64,000 nucleotides of DNA from an uncultured Candidatus Saccharibacteria bacterium (GTDB lineage Bacteria > Patescibacteriota > Minisyncoccia > Phycocordibacterales > UBA12088). The notes below the pieces were generated by a model that was not told the origin of the DNA, searched no databases, and saw nothing but the letters and a program-made list of their open reading frames with translations. A program made the translations under genes and the position numbers. The stretch is taken from contig CAYPBQ010000002.1 in assembly GCA_964409035.1 (NCBI GenBank), forward strand, positions 11,192 to 75,191, given 5' to 3'. Shown here one piece after another: positions 41,403 through 49,286 of the stretch; within the stretch, counting starts at the first letter, position 1, and each line of letters opens with the position of its first letter.

Positions 41403-41986
41403 TGCTCATGAATCTCATACCCGCCTCACTCACGAAATATAAGGCGTTACTATTTATCATCCCATTCTTGGGCTTTTCAATATTATTTTACTCCCTGTCT
41501 CCAGAGGTGATAATCGAATACATAGGGGTGGAGAATGCGTATCTATTTATTGGTATATTAGCGTTTTTGGGTGGAGTTACGACCTTTAGTGGTATTCCGT
41601 ACCATATTGTATTAATGTCACTTGCTCTTGGTGGGCTAAATCCATTTATACTTGGGGCTGTAACCGCGGGTGCTGTTATGGCAGGAGACGCTACCTCATA
41701 TTATTTAGGAACACAAACCCGATCACTATTATCTAAGAGAATGGATGAGTGGCTTGAAAGTCTTAGAATGGTGTACACAAACTATCCTCGTCTCCTTCCT
41801 GCAGTATTTTTTCTCTATGGATGTTTTATCCCCTTTTCAAATGATGTAATCACCATCCCCATGGGTATGCTTGGCTACCCCTTTTGGAAAGTTATCATTC
41901 CACTCGGTCTTGGAAATCTTATATTCAATACCACCCTTGCCCTCCTTGCGGTGTACGCCTACAACTACCTTGAATATTTCTTTTAG
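41402..41986 (+). CDS. DedA/VTT-family-like membrane protein
   Basis: Polytopic. GDATSYYLG resembles the DedA signature. Confidence 0.4.
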   Translation: MLMNLIPASLTKYKALLFIIPFLGFSILFYSLSPEVIIEYIGVENAYLFIGILAFLGGVTTFSGIPYHIVLMSLALGGLNPFILGAVTAGAVMAGDATSYYLGTQTRSLLSKRMDEWLESLRMVYTNYPRLLPAVFFLYGCFIPFSNDVITIPMGMLGYPFWKVIIPLGLGNLIFNTTLALLAVYAYNYLEYFF

Positions 41987-42045
41987 CCCAGTCACTACTT
42001 CACTTCGTTCAACAGAAGCCCGTCCGCTACGCGGACGGCTCCCCT

Positions 42046-44346
42046 TTAATTTTGAGTTACAGTATTAGAAAACTGTTCTTCAAGTATTTGATAATGTTCA
42101 GGAAACACAGTTTTCATCATCTCAAGTAAATACTGAATATTTTTTTGTGCCTCGGGGACTAATGAAGGATCAAAACCGTCACCAGTGATATGTGATTGGT
42201 GATTAGTAAACTTATAGATCGCGGTTTTCTTATTCTCGTCAAAAACAAGTTTTTCCATTTTCTTGTATGGATTTTCACCATTAGGTACTCTAAACATTAA
42301 GAATGTATCGAGAACTTTTCTGGCAATATTCGGTATGTGGTAAACGGAAGCAATACTCCCGTCAGTTTCAAATGTATACAAAACCTTAAACAAATAGTGG
42401 TACTCACTCTCGTGATCTTTCAGCTCTTTATCGAGTTCTGAAATAAATGCTGTTCTTCCGTTGGTCGCAGAATACTGATTTTTTATCATATAAAATCGAC
42501 TGTTTTTCTGTACACTTCTGTGATTGATCCAACCAAGAACCAATTTCAAGAAACTAAAATTATGCGTGAGTATGAATACTTGCTTTGCATCTTTCACTGC
42601 ATTTCTAAGAAACGCGAATGCTTGAAACAAAGAGTTCGAATCAAGACTTGAGATGGGATCATCTACAACAACTATACCATTTGCTATGTCAAAATTTTGA
42701 TCCTTCAAATGCACGACAAAATACACGAATGCAATAGCTGTTTTTTCTCCCTCACTCAGATTTTTCGCTATGACTTTGTTTCTTTTTACAACATACCCGC
42801 CCTCAGGGGACACCTCAAAAATGATTTCAGCTCTTCCTAAAAATGTTTGTATTTGCTCATTAAGAGTACCGCACGCCTTATGTTCGGAAGATATTTTCCC
42901 TTTGTTTTCAGTTATCTGTTTCTTTAATTTGGTTATACCCAAAAGAGCATCAGTGCCATCGCCATTCTCAAGCTTTAAAATTTCCTTACCATATTCCTCA
43001 ATCTCTTTATCAAGATTTTTTACTTCGTCAAAAATCTCACTCAAATGATGATTTTTTAATAGTTCAACAGCTTTATCTTTTTCTGTTTGGAAATTATCGC
43101 TTTTCTGATTATGTTGCTTGATCGTCTCATTGACAGAATCAAGAGAAGTTTGAAAATTATTGCTCAACGATCTAGAGAAAGGTACGTTCTCGGTGGTTTT
43201 TTGTTTTTTAGTATTCAAAATCTCAACCATTGACGATAGTTCAGAGCAATAATTTTCTCTTTCTTGATTGTAGGTTATAGCTTGTGATGTGAATTGTGTT
43301 TGTAAATCAGTATAAAATTGAGCCTTATTTGGAAGTTGGGCATTTCCAACTTTTTGAATACTCTGTTGTAGATTAGTAACTTTTATTTCTATCTTTTCCT
43401 TTAGTTTCTTGTCAGCTTCGTTAAAATGACCCAACAATGTATCAATTCTTCCATTCGGAAGAATTGAACCGCAAAACTCACATTGTTTACTTTCGGTTGT
43501 GTGTAAAATCAAACCTTTTTCTACCCACTCAGAAATATTCTGATTTTCAGTAAGATGACTGATAACATTTATCTCTACTGTTTCTTTGCATATATTTGAA
43601 ACTTCTTCATAGAGAACAGATAAACCAAGACCTACCTCAAATTCAATTTCTGGTATCTTATCTTTCTGCTCTTGTTTGATGACCGCCTGTTGCTTTGTAA
43701 CCTCATCTGCACTTAAAATTTTCTTTTCTGTTATAGTTGCAAAATCCTTTTCAGCGTCAGGTTTTCTATAATTTCTAGTGGATGATCCAACAAGATTCGC
43801 ACCAATTATTTTTGCTACTTCAGTAAATTTATTACCGTTGTCGTTTTCTTTTTTTATTTTTTCAGCTTCTATGGAACTCTTTTGGGTTTCAAGATTGTTC
43901 AAGGTATTTTCATCAACCTTAATCTGATCAGCAATTTCTTTATTCTCTTCCCCAAGAATAAAAATAGGATTTGCCTTTCCGCTAATTAACTGCACATTCT
44001 TCTGAATGTAATCTTGATTGAATACGCGAATCTTTTTGTTCAGTTGGGTATTTTCTTTGCAATTACCATTTTCGTGTTCAATATCGTACTCAAGATAAGA
44101 AAATTCGGGCGTATTACCAACTTCTAAACATGCAAATAGCTTTGAGAGTGTTGTTTTTCCAGAACCATTCCAGCCGTAAAAAAGATTGTATTTACCAAGG
44201 TCATCCAAATTATTATCCCATGTGTAATCAGAGAATAATCCAAGATTTTTAATTTTCTTTAGCTTCTTTAGCATATCTTTTGAAAAACAAACAAATGTTC
44301 GTGCATTATCAGCAAGAAATTTGATTCTTTTGATTTTGTAACCCAA
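42046..44346 (-). CDS. AAA_13-type ABC ATPase with a coiled-coil zinc hook (RloC/PrrC-like candidate anticodon nuclease)
   Basis: GWNGSGKTT Walker A, long coiled coil containing CEFCG (CxxC), LSEGEKTAIAF signature, IVVVDDPISSLD Walker B, ILTHN H-loop, and about 170 aa of unassigned C-terminal domain. Co-directional with the RM genes and overlapping the last of them. Confidence 0.55.
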   Translation of the reverse strand: MGYKIKRIKFLADNARTFVCFSKDMLKKLKKIKNLGLFSDYTWDNNLDDLGKYNLFYGWNGSGKTTLSKLFACLEVGNTPEFSYLEYDIEHENGNCKENTQLNKKIRVFNQDYIQKNVQLISGKANPIFILGEENKEIADQIKVDENTLNNLETQKSSIEAEKIKKENDNGNKFTEVAKIIGANLVGSSTRNYRKPDAEKDFATITEKKILSADEVTKQQAVIKQEQKDKIPEIEFEVGLGLSVLYEEVSNICKETVEINVISHLTENQNISEWVEKGLILHTTESKQCEFCGSILPNGRIDTLLGHFNEADKKLKEKIEIKVTNLQQSIQKVGNAQLPNKAQFYTDLQTQFTSQAITYNQERENYCSELSSMVEILNTKKQKTTENVPFSRSLSNNFQTSLDSVNETIKQHNQKSDNFQTEKDKAVELLKNHHLSEIFDEVKNLDKEIEEYGKEILKLENGDGTDALLGITKLKKQITENKGKISSEHKACGTLNEQIQTFLGRAEIIFEVSPEGGYVVKRNKVIAKNLSEGEKTAIAFVYFVVHLKDQNFDIANGIVVVDDPISSLDSNSLFQAFAFLRNAVKDAKQVFILTHNFSFLKLVLGWINHRSVQKNSRFYMIKNQYSATNGRTAFISELDKELKDHESEYHYLFKVLYTFETDGSIASVYHIPNIARKVLDTFLMFRVPNGENPYKKMEKLVFDENKKTAIYKFTNHQSHITGDGFDPSLVPEAQKNIQYLLEMMKTVFPEHYQILEEQFSNTVTQN

Positions 44347-45056
44347 AAACCAGTTGCCTTACAATTAAACTGCCTTTTTATTATGTCTTCTTTTAAGACA
44401 AAACCTGAGTCTAAAAATTTCTGCATTACCTTAAATGCAAGTGGTTGATACATTTTGTTTCTGCGTGTATCTCCCATTAAAATCGCACAAAACTTACCAG
44501 GTTTTAATACTCGGTATAATTCCTTTGCCACCTTCTCTATTTCATTAACGAATTCATCAATGTCGTGTATTCCAGACAAATCTTCTTCAATTTTTCCTTC
44601 ACTATATTTTATTATGTCTGCATAAGGAGGATGAGTTAAAACAAAATCAATCTCATTATCTTTAATAAAGCTCATGTTTCGAGCATCGCATTTTACTACT
44701 CTTTGTTTTGCCTTATTATCAACCTCAAACTCAAGAGATTTTTTAGTTCTCTCTAGTGCTTCTTCATTAACATCAACACAAGTAATGTGGCGATTTAAAA
44801 TCTTTGCTTCTATCGCCGTAGTTCCTCCACCAATCATACAATCGAGCAAATGATCTTTTTCTTTTGAGTAACGCAAAATAAGATTTCGCGCTACTTCTGG
44901 CGACCAATTTCCACGCCAATCAGATTTATGTGTAGCCCAATTACCACGACGAGGAAAAGCCCACACCGTTGTGCATTCTAGTTCAAATTCATCAGGGTGT
45001 AGTTTATTATCTGACATATATTTACCATACGAGTTTATCCAAAATTCCAGCTTCAA
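44268..45056 (-). CDS. DNA N4/N6 methyltransferase (second methylase of the RM cassette, DpnA/M.MboC-like)
   Basis: Motif I DCMIGGGTT, motif IV LTHPPY (a (D/S)PPY variant). Confidence 0.7.
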   Translation of the reverse strand: MKLEFWINSYGKYMSDNKLHPDEFELECTTVWAFPRRGNWATHKSDWRGNWSPEVARNLILRYSKEKDHLLDCMIGGGTTAIEAKILNRHITCVDVNEEALERTKKSLEFEVDNKAKQRVVKCDARNMSFIKDNEIDFVLTHPPYADIIKYSEGKIEEDLSGIHDIDEFVNEIEKVAKELYRVLKPGKFCAILMGDTRRNKMYQPLAFKVMQKFLDSGFVLKEDIIKRQFNCKATGFWVTKSKESNFLLIMHEHLFVFQKIC

Positions 45057-45879
45057 GCATATTTAAATTAAAAACATAGTCATTGTGATTATATGTTTCC
45101 TCAAGAGGTCTTTTTGTTGTAAACCAACCAAGTCCATCAGTGATCCAAATGAAATCTATATTTTGATCTTTGAGTTCTGTGTGCAAACTCTTAAACTCTC
45201 CGCACACTGCCTTGAGTTTTGAACCACCACCATTATAGAAATTCACCTCAAACAATTTAACCTTTTTATTTTTAGGGTTGAAAACAGCAAAATCAAAACT
45301 GCGTTCTGATTTATCAACTTTTACATCTACACCCCATTTGCTTTTTATTGCGGTTGATCGTGCTTGTGATAAGTATTCGAAACCATTTTTATTACAAAGC
45401 TCACTAACAAATGATTCTGCGATTTCTTCCATCAAAGATCCTCCGCGATTCTTGCGACCATTACTATCAAGACCGACTTCAACACCCATAACATAATCTA
45501 CTAAATTTTTTATTCCATCTTTTTGAAATAGGCGGGCAAGTCCAGATTTTTCTAAAAATTCATAGTACTTTTCTGAATCTTTTTCTGTACCAGAAAAATC
45601 AAAGAATTCAGAACTTTTAGTAACTTTATCAAAAATCTCTAGCTTATTTTCTCTAACTGCTAAAAGTACTGGTAGCGCCTTAACAATATCTGGATTTGAG
45701 CTATAAAGTTTTTTGAATTCATCTTTTAAATTCTCCTTACCCAAGAGATAGTTTAGTTTGTTTAGAGTAATTTCGAGTTCGGAAGAATTTGCAAAAACCT
45801 TTTTCCAATTCACAAAGTAATCCCATGTTTTAATTGAGCTTTTGAATGTTGTTATTAAATTATTAAAATCTTTTTGCAT
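45022..45879 (-). CDS. Type II restriction endonuclease, DpnII/MboI family (GATC) candidate
   Basis: About 285 aa located between two methylase genes as in the MboI/DpnII cassettes. Size and composition match R.DpnII. No independent motif proof. Confidence 0.55.
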   Translation of the reverse strand: MQKDFNNLITTFKSSIKTWDYFVNWKKVFANSSELEITLNKLNYLLGKENLKDEFKKLYSSNPDIVKALPVLLAVRENKLEIFDKVTKSSEFFDFSGTEKDSEKYYEFLEKSGLARLFQKDGIKNLVDYVMGVEVGLDSNGRKNRGGSLMEEIAESFVSELCNKNGFEYLSQARSTAIKSKWGVDVKVDKSERSFDFAVFNPKNKKVKLFEVNFYNGGGSKLKAVCGEFKSLHTELKDQNIDFIWITDGLGWFTTKRPLEETYNHNDYVFNLNMLEAGILDKLVW

Positions 45880-45883
45880 ATAT

Positions 45884-46843
45884 TTAGTAATTAGTTACTA
45901 GTACCTCTGTAATTTTTCCTCTTTTGGAAGCATCAGAGTTAATGGCGCGACCCGCCTGTACTTTTGTAATACGGAGACCTTTTGGTTCCGAGTAAATTTT
46001 ATTTATTAATGGTGTATTAGAATTTGAAAGCATAACAAAACAACCACGTTTGTGTAATTCTACAAATGTATCTCTTAGTTCGATTTGTTCTTTATCTAAA
46101 AATGATTCACTGGTGTAAGAAGTAAACGAGGCAGTTTTACTTACTGGATAATACGGTGGATCAAAGTAAACAAAATCTCCTTTCCTTGCCTTTTTTAACA
46201 CCTCTTTATAATCCTGTTTTTTTATCTCAACATTTTTCAATGCTTTTGATGCTTTTCTAAGATTATTTTCATCGCAAATAAGAGGATTTGTGTATTTACC
46301 AAACGGAACATTAAACCAGCCTTTGCTATTCACACGATACATTCCATTAAAACAAGTTCTATTCAGATAGATAAAACGAGAAGCAATATTCAAATCGGAA
46401 AGTTTTTCTGGGTCTTGAGCGCGAACTTTTAGAAAGTATTCTTTGTCTAACTTATGTTTTTTTAGTGATTTTATTAGATTTTCAACATCATTTTTAATCA
46501 CATTATAAGTAGCGACAAGTTCGTTATTTAAATCAGAAAGATATGCTGTTTCAGGAAGTAAATCAAAGAATACTGCACCACCACCAACAAACGGCTCAAA
46601 GTAAGTATTCGTAATAGGGTCGAAATTTTCTGGCGGATATAATCCAAGATCACGGAATTGTTTGAGTAATTGTCTTTTCCCACCAACCCATTTTACAAAC
46701 GGCTTTGGTTTCTCTTCGAGCAACTTCGCAATATCCTCAAACATATGTTCCTTGCTTGCTGCATGAAAAAGACGACGCGCGTAAATAGCATTTATTGAAA
46801 AAGTGTCTGCAATTTTTGTAATAATTTGGTTTTGAGTAGTCAT
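45884..46843 (-). CDS. Dam-family (D12 class) N6-adenine DNA methyltransferase
   Basis: KWVGGKRQLL (Dam motif), FVGGGAVFF (motif I) and DPPY (motif IV). Confidence 0.85.
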   Translation of the reverse strand: MTTQNQIITKIADTFSINAIYARRLFHAASKEHMFEDIAKLLEEKPKPFVKWVGGKRQLLKQFRDLGLYPPENFDPITNTYFEPFVGGGAVFFDLLPETAYLSDLNNELVATYNVIKNDVENLIKSLKKHKLDKEYFLKVRAQDPEKLSDLNIASRFIYLNRTCFNGMYRVNSKGWFNVPFGKYTNPLICDENNLRKASKALKNVEIKKQDYKEVLKKARKGDFVYFDPPYYPVSKTASFTSYTSESFLDKEQIELRDTFVELHKRGCFVMLSNSNTPLINKIYSEPKGLRITKVQAGRAINSDASKRGKITEVLVTNY

Positions 46844-46845
46844 AA

Positions 46846-47073
46846 TTATTTCAAAAGTTGATCTACGTTCATTCCAAGCACTTTGGCAACCTTTTCCATT
46901 GTGCTAATGGTAAGATTTTGTTTGCCATTCTCAACATTACTAATATACGCTCGATCTAACCCTAACTCTCGGCAAATGTCGCCTTGCGACATGCCTTTTT
47001 CGAGCCGTATCTTTTTCATGTTATCGCCAAATTTTTGTGCTGTTGTTTTTGCCATAGTGTTATCGTTGTGCAT
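46846..47073 (-). CDS. XRE-family HTH regulator, probable RM controller (C) protein
   Basis: 75 aa. HTH_3 (QGDICRELGLDRAYISNVENG). First gene of the RM operon. Confidence 0.7.
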   Translation of the reverse strand: MHNDNTMAKTTAQKFGDNMKKIRLEKGMSQGDICRELGLDRAYISNVENGKQNLTISTMEKVAKVLGMNVDQLLK

Positions 47074-47827
47074 GTTTAAGTATCCATTTAGTATGTTCGT
47101 TCTTTGACCTTGACCAATCTGCGATCAATTTCTTTGCTTCTTTTGGGTTTACTTTCACCCAGTCACGCACATGATTGGCTACTGATTTTTTGACAAACTT
47201 TATCTCGTCCTCTTTAAGCAATTCGAGAATTTCAAAAATTGGTTTAGGATTCTCGTTCCAAACATCGAGTTTTGTTGCCCACGGAAGCTTTGGACGAAGT
47301 CCCTCACTTGCAAGTCGGCGAAGGTGAAAATTTTTACTCTTTGCCCACTTGGCGCATACTGCGAGCGTCTTAGCGGGGTACTTGCGGGCATATGGACGAA
47401 TTGCATATTCCCCCGTATTTCTTTTGGTAATTTCTTCGATTGCTTTCATTGATAGTGCAAAGTGTTCGAGTCCGTATTTCTCTACAAATTTACCAACCGG
47501 CATGAGCCAGTAGAAATTTGTAAACATGCCTGTTTCTTCTTGGTTTTCGGGTCCGAGTATTTGCAAAAGAATATCGAGTGCTTCCGGGTATTTATCTGGG
47601 AGATATTGCTTGAGTAAACTTGCAAGGATTTCTATCCTTTGCGTGTAACTCTTGCCGACAACTTGTTTCTTAGTATCTCGTACAAAATTCTTGCTATCAA
47701 ACTTTTGATAAACAGTCGATATCTTTTTCGCAAGCAATGCAGCCAAATTTTCACCGAACGCTTCGGTGATTGATATTTTGCCAGTTTTTGGATTTACGAA
47801 ATTATTTTGTGCTGTGGATTTCGCCAT
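47060..47827 (-). CDS. DNA alkylation repair protein (AlkD/AlkC-like HEAT-repeat glycosylase family)
   Basis: All-helical, about 255 aa, with a repeat pattern and W/R-rich DNA-binding helices like the DNA_alkylation family. Confidence 0.5.
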   Translation of the reverse strand: MAKSTAQNNFVNPKTGKISITEAFGENLAALLAKKISTVYQKFDSKNFVRDTKKQVVGKSYTQRIEILASLLKQYLPDKYPEALDILLQILGPENQEETGMFTNFYWLMPVGKFVEKYGLEHFALSMKAIEEITKRNTGEYAIRPYARKYPAKTLAVCAKWAKSKNFHLRRLASEGLRPKLPWATKLDVWNENPKPIFEILELLKEDEIKFVKKSVANHVRDWVKVNPKEAKKLIADWSRSKNEHTKWILKHAQR

Positions 47828-48141
47828 GCTGTTTGGAAACTCATCAACATTGCTAATTATAGCATTCTATTGTGTTTTAACTTAATGGTAAGCCATGATA
47901 CAAGTTCGCAAAACAGCATCGTATGAAGTGGCGGAACAAACCCTAAAAAATTTCCTTTCCATTTTTTGGCTAGCACACCACACACCCACCGAAGAGGAAA
48001 TTTTTGGTTTTTTGAGCCGAGCATGCGAGATGCACGTGTCATTCGGCAAAATCATCCGGATTTTGACTCAAATACACTTGAACTTTGTTCAATACACATC
48101 ACAAAACTAGGAAATAGCGCGAAGCATTTGGTGACTATGTT

Positions 48142-48231
48142 TGGCGGAGAGTGAGGGATTCGAACCCTCGAGGGGTTTTACCCCCTACCTCGTTAGCAGT
48201 GAGGCGCTTTCGGCCACTCAGCCAACTCTCC
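48142..48231 (-). tRNA. tRNA-Ser (anticodon GCU), long variable arm, CCA encoded
   Basis: Acceptor GGAGAGT/ACTCTCC, anticodon loop CTGCTAA, variable arm GGGGG/CCCCC, T-loop TTCGAAT. Confidence 0.8.
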
Positions 48232-48290
48232 AATTTGTGGAGATACCATACCATGAATAGGTATCAGATTGAAAGCGCCTCTTCTGCGTA

Positions 48291-48674
48291 TTACGCTGTA
48301 AGACCCAAAAGCTCTTGCGCCTTGTGTACTATCTCTTCAAGAAAAACTGAAGACTTTACAAGATAATCATTTGCCCCCGCAGCAAGCGCTTCTTCACGCT
48401 CTGAATCCTGAGCATTATTTGAGACAATAACCACCGGCACTTCTTTGTGAATACCTGCACGAATCTCTTTGAGAAGCTCAATACCATTCTCCCCAGGTAG
48501 CCCAATATCAAGACACACCAAATCAATTGATTCTGATTCTAAATACTTTTTAGCATCAATTGCATTAGAGGCGTGAAGCACCTTAAATACCGTACTTAGC
48601 TTTCTTCCTAAAATATCAGAAATAAAAATATCGTCCTCTACCACCAGCACCGTTCGTTTAATTGTTTCAGTCAT
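48291..48674 (-). CDS. Single-domain response regulator (orphan receiver)
   Basis: VLVVEDD acidic pocket, phospho-acceptor LDIGLPG, and T/K residues. Confidence 0.75.
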   Translation of the reverse strand: MTETIKRTVLVVEDDIFISDILGRKLSTVFKVLHASNAIDAKKYLESESIDLVCLDIGLPGENGIELLKEIRAGIHKEVPVVIVSNNAQDSEREEALAAGANDYLVKSSVFLEEIVHKAQELLGLTA

Positions 48675-48799
48675 TGGAGTACTTCTATTATTTTATAAGT
48701 ACGTCATTCTGTCTAGGGCTAGCACCCACAGTGTTATGGGTGGCTCTTTCTGCCAGCATCAGCTACAATGACAGGCGCATTACACATTGAAATAACATC

Positions 48800-49234
48800 A
48801 TGAAATCATTACTTGTCATACCAATCATTTCTGTTCTTGCTGTTATTGGCTACCTCTATGCTGGAAAAGAGCCAAGTGGTCGAGCATCCACAACAGATGA
48901 TATGAATACACAAACAGCACTTATCATCGCCGCTACAAGTACGCCCCCTACCCCCTCGGTACAAACATTCAACCTAACTGGAAAGGATTATGAATTTTCA
49001 CTGAAGGAAATGCGGGTTAAAAAGGGTGATACCGTGCGAATTAACTTTGAAAGTATTGATGGTATACACAATTGGACGCTCGATGAATTTAATGTCACGA
49101 CCGAATCGGTAGGTTCTGGCACACTCACTTCGGTAGAATTTGTCGCGGATAAAACTGGCGCTTTTGAATACTATTCTTCTTTTGAAGAAGATGAGGCGCG
49201 TGGCATGGTGGGGCAACTGTTTGTAGAAGAATAG
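48800..49234 (+). CDS. Cupredoxin-like domain protein with degenerate copper site
   Basis: Aligns with the 5732..6130 paralog (..KKGDTVRINF.., ..GAFEYYSSF....GMVGQLFV), but Ser replaces the Cys ligand and there is no His. Confidence 0.45.
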   Translation: MKSLLVIPIISVLAVIGYLYAGKEPSGRASTTDDMNTQTALIIAATSTPPTPSVQTFNLTGKDYEFSLKEMRVKKGDTVRINFESIDGIHNWTLDEFNVTTESVGSGTLTSVEFVADKTGAFEYYSSFEEDEARGMVGQLFVEE

Positions 49235-49250
49235 TGGGATAGTGAGGTAT

Positions 49251-49286
49251 AGCAAACGCCGCCGCCCATGGGCGGCGGCGTTTGCT
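49251..49286. terminator. Strong GC-rich hairpin terminator
   Basis: agcaaacgccgccgcc-catg-ggcggcggcgtttgct: perfect 16-bp stem. Confidence 0.6.
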
